Notes under the pieces: model-generated
What the model was told of the DNA's origin: nothing
Database searches by the model: none
The model's input: only the letters and a program-made list of their open reading frames with translations
Part shown: piece by piece, positions 53,599 to 64,000 of the stretch
Position numbering within the stretch: the first letter of the stretch is position 1
Layout of the letters: the number at the start of each line of letters is the position of its first letter
NCBI GenBank assembly: GCA_963755915.1
Contig: CAVWLP010000003.1
Span: 736,001 to 800,000, forward strand
Length of the DNA stretch: 64,000 bases
Direction: 5' to 3'
From: an uncultured Phycisphaerales bacterium
GTDB taxonomy: Bacteria; Planctomycetota; Phycisphaerae; Tepidisphaerales; Tepidisphaeraceae
Made by a program: the position numbers and the translations under genes

Positions 53599-56388
53599 GT
53601 GGCAGACGAGCGCAAGACCTTCTTTATCATCGACGGGCACGCCCAGATTTTCCGGGCCTACTTCGCCCCGTTTCGCGATCTCTCCAGCCCCACCGGCGAG
53701 CCAACCAAGGCCACCTACGTTTTCATCCAATGGCTGCTCAACCTGGTTGAGAACCGCAAGCCCAATTACCTGGCGATGGTCGCCGATGCCGGCGATGAGA
53801 CTGTTTTTCGCAAGGAAATCTCCCCGGAATACAAAGCCCATCGCGAGCCCCCGCCCGAAGACTTTTTTCCGCAGGAACAGCGGATTCTCAAAGTAGTGGG
53901 GGACCTGGGCATTCCGATCTTTTCCAAAGGTGGATTTGAGGCGGATGATCTGATCGCCACCATGGTCCATCGCCTGCGCGATCAGAATTTCGATACCGTC
54001 ATCGTTTCCAAGGACAAAGACCTTCGCCAGCTTCTGGATTCCTCCACCCGCCTCTACGACGTGCAGGGCGATTCATTTCTCGACGCCGACCGCCTCAAGG
54101 CCGAGCTGGGCTATGCGCCGTCACAGGCGATCGAAGTGCAGACCCTCATGGGCGACACCGTCGACAACGTCCAGGGGATTCCCGGCGTCGGCGAAAAAAC
54201 AGCCGTCAAACTCATCACCACCTACGGCAGCATCGAGGGAATTCTTCAGAACGTCGAAAAACTAACACCCAAAATGCGTGAGAATTTTGAGAAATATTCC
54301 GATCGACTGCCGATCGCGCGCAACTGGTGACCCTGAAAAACGATGTGGAATTTGATTTCGATCCCCAGCGGTGCCGCTTTGAGGGCCTCAACATTGCCGC
54401 CCTGAAACCGCATCTTCAGTCGTTGGGCTTTACGACGCTTTTAAAACGACTCGGCGCGGATGAAGCGATGCCTGTCCCCAGGGTCGTCGCGCCAATCAAG
54501 GAGGATGAGGGTCTATTCGGATCGATGTCCGCGCCGGCGGAGGATTCCGCCCCGGTCAGCAACCCCGAGACCTGTGCCGATTGCGATTATCACCTGGTGA
54601 ACACCCCAGAATTGTTCGAGCAATTCCTGGTCGAGCTGAAAAAGCAGAAGCGCTTTGCCTTCGACACCGAAACCGATGCCCTGGGCGCGATGGCTTCTTC
54701 CGTCGTCGGGATGAGCTTCAGTTGGCAGCCGCGCACGGGGTGGTACGTTGCCGTCGATGGCCCCACAGGCCAGCCGTTCCTCGATCGCGCTCAAGCGGTC
54801 GCGAAGCTCAAGCCGATCCTCGAAAACCCGAAAATCAAAAAAGTCGGCCATAACCTCAAGTACGACATCCTCGCCATGCGCCAATACGGCGTTGAGGTGC
54901 AGGGTGTTCAGCTCGACTCCATGATCGCCGCGTTCGTCCTCGATTCCAGCCGGATGCAATATGGCATCGACCGGCTCGCGATGGACTACCTGAACATCCG
55001 CAAAGTTCCCACCAGCGATTTGATCGGCAAGGGGGCAAAGCAAATCTCCATGCGGGTGGTCGATCTCAATCGCATCGCCGCCTACGCCTCGGAAGATGCC
55101 GATGTCGCCCTCCGCCTCGTCGATCTGCTCAGCGAGCGACTGGAAAAAATCCCCGAGCTGAAAAAATTATGCGCTGAAGTCGAAACCCCGCTCATCGACG
55201 TTCTGGTTGAAATGGAAGCCAACGGCGTCGGCATCGACCCGGCCGTTCTCAAGGAGCAAAGCGACGTCCTGGCGGTGCGAATCCACGACCTGCGCGAAAA
55301 AATCTTCAAGTCGGCCGGCTGCGAATTCAATCCCGATTCCCCTAAGCAATTGCAGGATGTCCTCTTTAACCGCCTGTGTCTGGGCACCGTGAAAAAGACC
55401 AAGACCGGCTATAGCACCGACGTGGAAGTGCTCGAAAAACTGGCCGAAAAGCACGAAATACCCCGGCTGATTCTCGACTACCGCAGCCTGGTCAAGCTGA
55501 AAAACACCTATCTCGATAACCTCACCGATTTCCTCAACCCGCGCACCGGGCGGATTCACGCCAGCTTCAACCAGATCGGCGCCGGCACCGGCCGGCTGAG
55601 CTGCAGCGATCCGAATCTCCAGAATATCCCCATCCGCACCGACGAAGGCCGCCGGATTCGCCTCGCGTTTGTGCCCGGCGATCCGAAGAAAAACGTCCTG
55701 CTCACCGCCGACTACAGCCAGATCGAGCTGCGCATCCTCGCCCACTTCACGCGCGAGCCGGCCCTGCTTCGCGCCTTCGAAGCCGATGAAGACATTCACC
55801 GCGCCGTCGCCGCCGAGGTCTTCGGCGTCTCCCTGGAAAACGTCTCGCGCGACCAGCGCGCCCAGGCCAAGATCATCAACTTCGGCATCGTCTACGGCGT
55901 CAGCGCCTACGGCCTCGCCCGTCGGATCGACAACCTCACCGTCCCCTCCGCCCAGAAACTGATCGACGATTACAACCGCCGCTTCCCCGCCATCCAGAAA
56001 TTCCTCGACCAATGCGTCATGCAAGCCCAGAGTTTCGGTTTCGTGGAAACCATCCTCGGCCGCCGCCGGCCAATTCCAGAAATCAAAAGCAGCGTGCTGG
56101 CACTCCGTAATGCCGGCGAGCGCACCGCCATCAACAGCGTCGTCCAGGGCTCCGCGGCCGATCTCATCAAAGTCGCGATGAATAACATTCACCGGCGGAT
56201 CAAAGCAGAGGGACGCCCAGTCGAAAATGCTCATGCAGGTGCACGATGAACTGGTCTTCGAAACGCCTGAATCGGCGGTTGAATCTGAAGCGGAGATGGT
56301 CCGGCAGGAAATGACCACGGCGATGAAACTCGCGGCACCGCTGAAAGTCGAAGTTGGGTGGGGGAAGAATTGGCAGGAGGTGAAATGA
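53599..56388 (+). CDS. polA: DNA polymerase I (frameshifts near 54320 and 56215)
   Basis: FEADD, GIPGVGEKTA, FDTET, GHNLKYD, DYSQIELR, AK.INFG..YG and QVHDEL. Confidence 0.96.
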
Positions 56389-56431
56389 GATTTGAAACTG
56401 CTCTACTGCAATCCTCCCGCGATCCCCTTCT

Positions 56432-56473
56432 TATCCCCTCCCCCGGTACTCCAGGGGAGGGTTAGGGTGGGGG
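56432..56473. repeat. C-rich/G-rich palindromic REP-like repeat
   Basis: tcccctcccccggtactccaggggagggttagggtgggg. Confidence 0.65.
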
Positions 56474-56551
56474 CCGACTCGGAATTAAGCACGCGAAGAT
56501 CGCAGACATTTGGTAAATCGCCGGGCTCTTTTTTGATATAATTCCCTCGAT

Positions 56552-57022
56552 ATGTCTCAGCCGTCAGACCAGATCGAACTCGACCAAGCCACTACTGGCT
56601 TCCAGACGGCCGAGGACCCCCGCCCCAAAATCGAAGAGCCGCCCCCCGTTCGACTGCTTTCGGTCGACGATTGTTATCTCTGGTCCCCCGCCGGACTCGA
56701 GCCCCAGCTCGACCAGTTTTACGCCGGCCTGCTCAGATTTCAGCGTGAGGAAACACCGGCCAGTGACGGCGACCACGAGCTCGTCTACCGCACCGAAAAC
56801 TTCCGCCTCAGGATCGAGGTCCTCGAGCGCCCGATCAACCGCGATGATTTCCGCCCCCTCGGCGTGATCGTTCCCTCCCTGGCCGATCTGGGCCAGCGCC
56901 TCGCGGATGCAAAAATCGAATATGAACACCAGCGCGGTCTGCTCGCCGGCCAGGAGAATTTCCTCCTCACCGATCCCGCCGGCAATCCCGTGATCGTCGG
57001 CGAATTCCACGTTATGATCTGA
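56552..57022 (+). CDS. VOC/glyoxalase-like protein
   Basis: FY.GLL.F and LTDPAGN motifs. Confidence 0.65.
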   Translation: MSQPSDQIELDQATTGFQTAEDPRPKIEEPPPVRLLSVDDCYLWSPAGLEPQLDQFYAGLLRFQREETPASDGDHELVYRTENFRLRIEVLERPINRDDFRPLGVIVPSLADLGQRLADAKIEYEHQRGLLAGQENFLLTDPAGNPVIVGEFHVMI

Positions 57023-57029
57023 ATCCCAA

Positions 57030-57638
57030 GTGTTCCACGGCAAACCCGTCATCGGAATCACCGGCGGCATCGGCAGCGGCAAAAGCACCGTCGCCCAGAT
57101 GTTCGGCGAGTTCCATTGCCTTGTCATCAGCTCCGACCAGCAGGTGAACCAAGCCTACCGCGACCCGGCCATCATTCAGCAGCTCCGCTTCTGGTGGGGC
57201 GATGCAATCGTCCGCCCGGATGGGCAGGTTGACCGCGCCCGCATCGCCGACATCATTTTCAGCGACCCCGGTCAACGCCTTAAGCTCGAAGGTCTGCTGC
57301 ACCCCAAAGTTGAACAGTTGCGCCAAGGGCTGATGCTGGGGGCAGCCGATGATCCGCAAGTCCCTGCCATTATTTGGGATACGCCGCTGCTTTTTGAGAC
57401 TGGCCTTTACCGCCAGTGCGATGCTATTGTCTTTGTGGAAGCGCCGCTCCCCCAGCGCCTTCACCGGGTCCGCCAGACCAGGGGCTGGACTCAGGATGAA
57501 TTAACTCGAAGAGAAAATTCGCAGTGGCCCCTAGACAAGAAGCGAGAAATATCCGATTATATTGTTGATAACACTGCCGATGCGGAGTTTGTCCGCGGTC
57601 AAGTCAGAGAAGTGCTTTTCCGAATTATCTCGAATTGA
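57030..57638 (+). CDS. coaE: Dephospho-CoA kinase
   Basis: GITGGIGSGKST, LHPKV and PLLFE motifs. Confidence 0.95.
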   Translation: MFHGKPVIGITGGIGSGKSTVAQMFGEFHCLVISSDQQVNQAYRDPAIIQQLRFWWGDAIVRPDGQVDRARIADIIFSDPGQRLKLEGLLHPKVEQLRQGLMLGAADDPQVPAIIWDTPLLFETGLYRQCDAIVFVEAPLPQRLHRVRQTRGWTQDELTRRENSQWPLDKKREISDYIVDNTADAEFVRGQVREVLFRIISN

Positions 57639-57913
57639 TTCCCGAAGCGGTTCTGACATAAGCTATTTCCGGCAGCTATTTTTCGCCAGTGATATTTGGC
57701 AGTGACATCGGCATGGGGCGGATTCAATCGTTTTGAGTTCAATGGAATGACAACCGTGCGTTAAAGACCTTCGATGGATACGAGGGTATAATCACCTAGT
57801 CCGGGACTAATAACTTCCGCTGAATCTCTCACCTTCCCGACAGCTATTTGGATCGTTCGAGAACACCGGAACAAAGACACTTACAACTTACAGTCACATT
57901 CAGGAGGCCGTTC

Positions 57914-59423
57914 ATGGCAAAGTCTAGCAGCACCCGTTCGCGTCGCAGCGGTGGATCGCATCATTCGTCATCCGCCGACGCCGAGGTGCGCGAACCCAAA
58001 GAAACCGAAGCCACCGCGGTGGCCGACGCTCCCGCCGAAGTTGCGGATGAGCAGCCGCGCAAGACCGAAGAGGCGGAACCGCGCGGCAATGGCCAGCCCG
58101 GCTCCTCCGAAGACGTCGCCAACTTCGACGCCGAAACCAACGCCAAGTACGAGCAGGTCAAGGGCGGCAAGCTTTACATCAAGGACCTCCAGCAGATGGA
58201 CGTGCATAAACTGCACGACATCGCCAAGGAAGAGGGAATCACCGATTACGTCGGCCTCAAGAAGCAGGACCTGATCTTCCAGATCCTCCGCTGCCGCATC
58301 CGCCAGAACGGCCTGATGTACGGCGAAGGCGTCCTGGAAATCCTCCCCGACGGCTTCGGATTCCTCCGCAGCCCCGAATACAACTATCTCCCCTGCCCCG
58401 ACGACATCTACATCAGCCCCAGCCAGATCCGCCGCTTCGGCCTGCGCAACGGCCACGTCGTCCAGGGCCAGATCCGTCCGCCCAAGGAATCCGAACGATA
58501 TTTCGCGCTCCTCCGCGTCGAAGCCATCAACGGCGAAGACCCCGAGCGCATCACCGACACCAGCAATTTCGAAGACCTCACCCCGCTGCATCCCAACCGC
58601 CGGCTCATGCTCGAGACACGATGCCAAAGACCTGAACATGCGCATCGTGGATCTGGTCACGCCGATCGGCAAGGGCCAGCGCATGCTGATCGTCGCCCCG
58701 CCGCGCACCGGCAAAACCGTCCTCCTCCAGAAGATCGCCAATGCGATCACCAAGAATCACCCCGAGGTGGTGCTGATCGTCCTGCTGATCGACGAGCGGC
58801 CCGAAGAAGTCACCGACATGGAGCGCAACACCAAGGCCGAGGTCGTCTCCAGCACCTTCGACGAACCCGCCTCCCGCCACGTGCAGGTGGCCGAAATGGT
58901 CATCGAAAAAGCCAAGCGCTACGTCGAATTCGGCAAGGACGTGGTCATCCTGCTCGACAGCATCACCCGCCTGGCCCGCGCCTACAACACCGAAGTCCCG
59001 CACAGCGGCAAGATCCTCACCGGCGGCGTCGACGCCAACGCCCTGCAGAAGCCCAAGCGCTTCTTCGGCGCCGCCCGCAACATCGAAGAAGGCGGCAGCC
59101 TGACGATCCTGGCCACCGCCCTGATCGACACCGGCAGCAAGATGGACGAAGTGATCTTCGAGGAATTCAAGGGCACCGGCAACGCCGAGCTGCACCTCGA
59201 CCGCCGCCTGGTCGACAAGCGCGTCTATCCCGCCATCGACATCAACTCCAGCGGCACCCGCCGCGAAGAATTGCTGCTCGATGCCAAGGAACTGGAACTG
59301 GTCTATCGCCTCCGCCGCGTCCTGAGCGACATGAGCCCGGTGGAATCCGTCGAACTGCTCAAGGGCCAGCTTGACAAGGTGCCGAGCAATGCGCAGTTCC
59401 TGATGACGATGAATTTGGATTAA
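57914..59423 (+). CDS. rho: Transcription termination factor Rho (frameshift near 58620)
   Basis: [39 protein letters not shown] and FEEFKGTGN motifs. Confidence 0.97.
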
Positions 59424-59426
59424 GTC

Positions 59427-60095
59427 ATGTCAGTTACCGAGGCTCCCATCACGGGTGCGCCAAGTGCCCCCGGCCGCTACCGCACTGCGGCAGAGTGGTG
59501 GGACGCCCTGGGCAACGTGCCCCTGGAGCGCATTGTTTTCGCCCCATTGCCCGGCACGGCAACCGAGGCCGACGTCGTTCGCCTGGACGATCATGAAGAT
59601 CGCATCTGCGAATTGGTCGATGGAACACTGGTGGAGAAGGCGATGGGCTTTGATGAGTCCGCGATCGCAATGCGCATTGCGCAGCTTCTATTGAATTTCA
59701 TCCTTCCACGAAAACTTGGGATTGTCACCGGCGAAGCAGGAATGATGCGCATCCTCGCTCGCCGCGTTCGCATTCCCGACGTTGCTTTCATTAGTTTGGA
59801 CCGCCTGCCCGACCGTAAACTGCCCGGAGTGCCCATTCCCCAGCTCGCTCCCGATCTGGCTGTTGAGGTGATCTCCGACAGCAACACTCCCCGCGAAATG
59901 GAAATCAAGCTGCGAGAGTATTTCATGGCCGGCGTCCGGCTTGTTTGGTATGTCGATCCCAAAACCCAGTCGGTGGATGTCTACTCCTCGCCCACCGGGC
60001 CGACCAGGTTCTCCAGTTCCGATACTCTCAGCGGTGGCGACGTCCTTCCGGGCCTGGAAATTCCCGTTTCCCAAATCTTCGATCTGACAAAGTAA
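59427..60095 (+). CDS. Uma2 family endonuclease
   Basis: ELVDG, RIPDVAF, PDLAVEVIS and YF.AGV.LVW motifs. Confidence 0.9.
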   Translation: MSVTEAPITGAPSAPGRYRTAAEWWDALGNVPLERIVFAPLPGTATEADVVRLDDHEDRICELVDGTLVEKAMGFDESAIAMRIAQLLLNFILPRKLGIVTGEAGMMRILARRVRIPDVAFISLDRLPDRKLPGVPIPQLAPDLAVEVISDSNTPREMEIKLREYFMAGVRLVWYVDPKTQSVDVYSSPTGPTRFSSSDTLSGGDVLPGLEIPVSQIFDLTK

Positions 60096-60110
60096 CTACA
60101 ATCAACCATC

Positions 60111-61863
60111 ATGTGGCACCGCTTCCCTCCGCGAATGCGCCGCGCCCTCGTCTTCTCCCTCCACGAAGCCGCCCTGCGCGGCAGCGATGTCGCCACGCCC
60201 CAGGACCTCCTCGCCGCCATCCTCGGCGACCGCGAAAGCGCCGGCGCCTACGTCCTTCAACAATGCGGCGTCGATGCCGCTCGCATCCTGAACCGTGAAA
60301 TCCACACCAACGGCAAACCTCCGGTCGAAAAAGCGAAGGGACTCGACGCCGATTCAATCCAAATCCTTCGCGCCGCAGCCGCAGCTTCGCAGCGCCTCCA
60401 TCACGAGCACATCGGCACCGAGCACGTCGTCGCCGCCTTCGCAGATTTCCCCGACCTGATTCTTGGCCGTCAGCTCATCGAAGCAGGTCTAACCCCCGCT
60501 CGCGCCCGCACCGCCATCCGAAACTGGATCGCCGACGGCATGCCCCGCCGACGCGGGCGATGGGGATGGATGCCCATCCATAACGGTTTCCTGGCCAAAA
60601 TCCTGCGCCCCGTCCAGAAAGCCATCCGATTCCCGCCGCTGCTATGGAAAGTCTACGCCGGCAAAAGCCTCGCCCATCCGAAATTCGTCAGCGATCCCTA
60701 TCCCATCTACGCCGCGCTTCGCGCCCGCGAGCCGGTGCGCAAGGACCCTCTCGCTCCCGTCTGGATTCTCACCCGCTACGACGACGTGATGGAAATGCTG
60801 CGGAACCCGCGCTATCTCAAGGACCCTTTCGCCGCCCAGCGCCTGCCGCCCTCGGTCCGCCGCCAGCTTCAAGCCTCCGGCGACGAAATGAGCGAGCAGC
60901 CGGAAGTCGTCTCAATGCTTTTTCTCGACCCCCCCGATCACACCCGCGTCCGCGGCGTATTCGCCCGCGCTTTCACTCCCGCCTCCCTCTCCCAGCTACG
61001 CCCCAAGATCGAATCAATCGCCAAGGCGCGCCTCGACGCCGTCGAATCCGCCGGCCGCATGGACCTCATCGCCGACCTCGCCTATCCGCTCCCCGTGATC
61101 GTCATCGCCGAAATGCTAGGCTTTCCGTCGGAGGATTATCCGCGCATGAAAGTCTGGTCGGATGCTCTCGCCGCCTCCCTCTCCCTGCGCCACCCCCGAG
61201 CAGCAATCCGCCGCCAACGTCGCCTGGAATCAGATGCGCATTTATTTCGAGCAGGTCGCCGCCCGCGTTCGCGCAAATCCCGGCAACACGATCCTCTCCC
61301 GTCTTCTCGATTCCGAAAGCGAGCCCGGCGGCCTCAATTTCGACGAAATCTTCACCAACTGCGTCCTCCTCCTCGCCGCCGGTCACGAAACCACCACAAA
61401 CCTTATCGGCAACGGCATGCTCGCGCTTCTCCGTAACCGCGACCAATGGGAACTGCTCACCCGCGACCCAGACCTTATCGAATCCGCCGTCGAAGAAATC
61501 CTCCGCTACGACAGCCCCGTGCAGTGGACCAGCCGCCTCGCCGCCGAACCCACGCAGCTTAACGGCCAATCCATCGCTTCCGGCGAAGTAATCCTCGGCT
61601 GCGTCGGCGCCGCCAATCGCGACCCCGCAAAATTCCCCAACCCCGACCGTCTCGACATCCGCCGCTCCGAAAACCGCCACCTCGCCTTCGGCATCGGAAT
61701 CCACTACTGCATCGGCGCCGCCCTCGCCCGGATCGAAGCGCAAGTTGCCATCGGCCAGCTCGCCGCCCGCTTTCCCAAAATGCGCCTGGCCACGCGAAAA
61801 GTCCGCTGGATGAAGGGCCTCACCTTCCGCGGCGTGAAGAAACTTCCGGTTGTGCTGCGGTAG
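60111..61863 (+). CDS. Cytochrome P450 with N-terminal Clp-repeat (Clp-N) domain (frameshift near 61190)
   Basis: HEHIGTEHVV Clp-N repeat; DPPDHTR, AGHETT, EILR, AANRDP and FGIGIHYCIG. Confidence 0.88.
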
Positions 61864-61907
61864 GGGTGCTTTGACCTGAATTTCCCGCATCAATAGACTG
61901 CGCCCCA

Positions 61908-62654
61908 ATGCCCGGCCTCAGCTTCATCACGCTCCTCGCCTACGACTATCGCTACGCGTTCAATGCAATCCGCTCCTACTACGACATCGCCGACGAGATC
62001 ATCCTCGGCCTCGACTCCGACCGCCTCACCTGGATGCGCCAGCCTTTCCCCATCGACCAGAGCGAACTCCGCGCCTTCATCTCCCAAATCGATTCCCGGA
62101 AAATCATTCGCATTGTCGAGGGAAACTTTCACGCCGCCGATCACCCGATGATCAACGAGACCCAGGAGCGAAACGCGCTCTCCATGCACTGCTCAGAAGA
62201 CAATTGGATCGTCCAAATCGACGCCGACGAACTGCTGTTGAACCCCGCCGATTTCAAGAATTGGATGCTCACCGCCGACTCCAATTCCAACCCATGCGCC
62301 CGCTGGATCGGCGTCTTCAAAATCTTCGGCAACCAGGCCCTGGTCATCGACCCGCCAAACGAAATCAATCCCATCGCCACGCGTCTTCGCGGCCGATACA
62401 CCCGTACCCGCTTCACGTCGCAGCCTGAATCGCTCTCCCCGCTGAACCTTCTTCACTACTCCTGGGGCCGCACGCCCGAAGAGCTCCTCACCAAGCTGCG
62501 GAACTGGGGCCATGCGAAGGATTTCAATGTCGATGCCTTCTTCAACTTCTGGCAATCGGTAATGCTTCAAAACTACCAGCAGTTTCGCAACTTCCACCCC
62601 ATTCAACCAGAACTCTGGCAAAGCCTCCGCCTCGCCACAATTACCCGAAGCTGA
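61908..62654 (+). CDS. Glycosyltransferase family 2-like protein
   Basis: ADEII, ET..RN, WI.QIDADE and HYSW motifs. Confidence 0.6.
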   Translation: MPGLSFITLLAYDYRYAFNAIRSYYDIADEIILGLDSDRLTWMRQPFPIDQSELRAFISQIDSRKIIRIVEGNFHAADHPMINETQERNALSMHCSEDNWIVQIDADELLLNPADFKNWMLTADSNSNPCARWIGVFKIFGNQALVIDPPNEINPIATRLRGRYTRTRFTSQPESLSPLNLLHYSWGRTPEELLTKLRNWGHAKDFNVDAFFNFWQSVMLQNYQQFRNFHPIQPELWQSLRLATITRS

Positions 62655-62693
62655 AGACCACTATTGGATTTTCGATTGAGATCCAAATTGCAA

Positions 62694-62750
62694 ACCGCGC
62701 GTTTAGCCGCCCCGCTTGACTTCGGCGAGCTCAGTCGAGCCGCGGGGCGT
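62694..62750. repeat. REP-like repeat with nested unit
   Basis: cgtttagccgc (compare gcggctaaacg at 18760) plus gacttcggcgagctcagtcgag. Confidence 0.55.
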
Positions 62751-62775
62751 TTCTTCGATCACCCCACAAATCGCT

Positions 62776-63678
62776 CTATTCCCCACTCCCCGTCGGTGGA
62801 GTCGTCCCCTCCGGCTCTTCCTCTTCCACCGTTATCGACTTCAATATATCTTCCGCCGCCGTCTGCCGTCCGATCGCCGCTTTCAGGTTGCTCGTCTTCA
62901 CCCGCGGCTCTCTCTTCTCCTTCACCTTGTTCACCGCCATCTCAATTGGAAGATCGTCCGGAATATAAAGAATCCGCCGGCAGCTCGGACAGAAAACCAG
63001 CTCATCCCGGCTATGCAATTTGTTGTAAACGTCGGTGACCAGGTCCATGTTGCAGACCGAGCAGGCATATTCCTCCCGCCGCCGATCCGGCTTCGTCAGG
63101 GCACTAAGGGCCTCACCCTCAAATCGGTCCCCCAGCCGGTTAAACTCTTCGACCGCCTTCGCCGGAACCGCCGCCGCCGCGGCTTCCCTCGCCGGACGCA
63201 ACGACTCAATCTCCGCCTGCAGTTCCTTAACCCGCCCGTCGATCTCCCCGCGCATCGCCTCCAGCTTGGTGTTCTCCGCAGCGCTGACCTCGGCCAATTC
63301 TTTGACTTCCTTCTGAAACTTCTCCACCCCTTCCATCACCTTCAGCAGCTCTTCCTCGGATTTCCCCTTGTCCACCTTTTCCGTATTGATTTCGACGAGG
63401 AACGCCTGATATTCGCGGTTGGTCTTGGCGTTCTGCTGCTGCGCCCGCAGCCGCTCGATTTTCGCATCCCGCGTTTTCAGGTCCAGGTCAAGCTCGGCAG
63501 ACTTCGCCTGCTGCTCCTTGAGGTTTGCCTGCCCCAGCCGCAGCCGCTCCGACAGATCCGCGACCTTCCGTTCCTGGATGCGGACGTTCTTGCTCACCGC
63601 GTTCAGCCGGCCCTGCGCTTCCCGTAGTTTCTGATCCGCGCGGTACAGGGCAACCAGTGCGACGTTAATTGGACCCAT
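62776..63678 (-). CDS. Coiled-coil protein with C4 zinc ribbon (DUF164-like)
   Basis: KTNREYQA, a long coiled coil, and CSVCNM...CPSCRRILY. Confidence 0.85.
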   Translation of the reverse strand: MGPINVALVALYRADQKLREAQGRLNAVSKNVRIQERKVADLSERLRLGQANLKEQQAKSAELDLDLKTRDAKIERLRAQQQNAKTNREYQAFLVEINTEKVDKGKSEEELLKVMEGVEKFQKEVKELAEVSAAENTKLEAMRGEIDGRVKELQAEIESLRPAREAAAAAVPAKAVEEFNRLGDRFEGEALSALTKPDRRREEYACSVCNMDLVTDVYNKLHSRDELVFCPSCRRILYIPDDLPIEMAVNKVKEKREPRVKTSNLKAAIGRQTAAEDILKSITVEEEEPEGTTPPTGSGE

Positions 63679-63913
63679 AAGGCGATTACCTCTAACGACT
63701 CTAGGCCACATTATGGCGAGAGAGCGGCGATTGCAAAGGGGTCAACAGCAAATCGCCCAACCCGCCAACCACCTTTTGCCCCAACTCCGCCGCATAACTC
63801 CCGAATTTTCGCTACCCTTAGCATCGAATTCAACATTCCACTCTTAAGGCACTGCAACACCAATATCTCCTGAATTCTCTCAGCGATCTCTGCGGTGAAC
63901 TAAGCCTATTTCG

Positions 63914-64000
63914 CTAAGGATTCACAAAACACCCCTGCGCATCCACCGGCCCATCCAGCGTTCCAATCTCAATCAATTGCTCCTGCAAATCCTTCCACCG
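63914..64000 (-). CDS. 3' end of a gene entering from outside the window
   Basis: RWKDLQEQLIEIGTLDGPVDAQGCFVNP-stop; too short to assign a function. Confidence 0.4.
   Translation of the reverse strand, partial: RWKDLQEQLIEIGTLDGPVDAQGCFVNP

Noticed and set aside
57848-59423. Programmed frameshifting in rho, polA or rpsB
   Set aside because: No slippery-site pattern. The indels are widespread and consistent with sequencing error.
59427-60095. Uma2 endonuclease as part of a defence system
   Set aside because: Solitary gene from a family commonly expanded in planctomycetes; no partner genes nearby.

Overview
A 64-kb, high-GC, mostly housekeeping chromosomal segment. It probably comes from a planctomycete (Phycisphaerae/Tepidisphaera-like); this is inferred from the PEP-CTERM/dockerin proteins, the Uma2 gene and the repeat families. 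Recognisable genes include ribF, pilC, tsf-rpsB, nuoG-H-I, aroC, folC, rimO, xseA, rpmF-plsX-fabH-fabD-fabG-acpP-fabF, gdhA, rplM-rpsI, prmC, 2-oxoacid oxidoreductase alpha/beta, a GspE-type ATPase, polA-coaE-rho and a cytochrome P450. Many essential genes carry single-base frameshifts, which points to an unpolished long-read assembly rather than real pseudogenes. The main finding is a complete IS110-family (IS1111-type) element at 23409-24893. Its 3' non-coding region contains a hand-foldable internal loop whose two guide segments match both halves of the reconstructed target site, which lies in a host REP-like repeat; this is the bridge-RNA/seekRNA architecture. Other highlights are a stand-alone homologue of that RNA's first hairpin 26 kb away, a Clp-N/P450 fusion, an in-frame 162-bp MITE with a TTA duplication, a hidden STAS gene, and a switch-like RNA upstream of gdhA.
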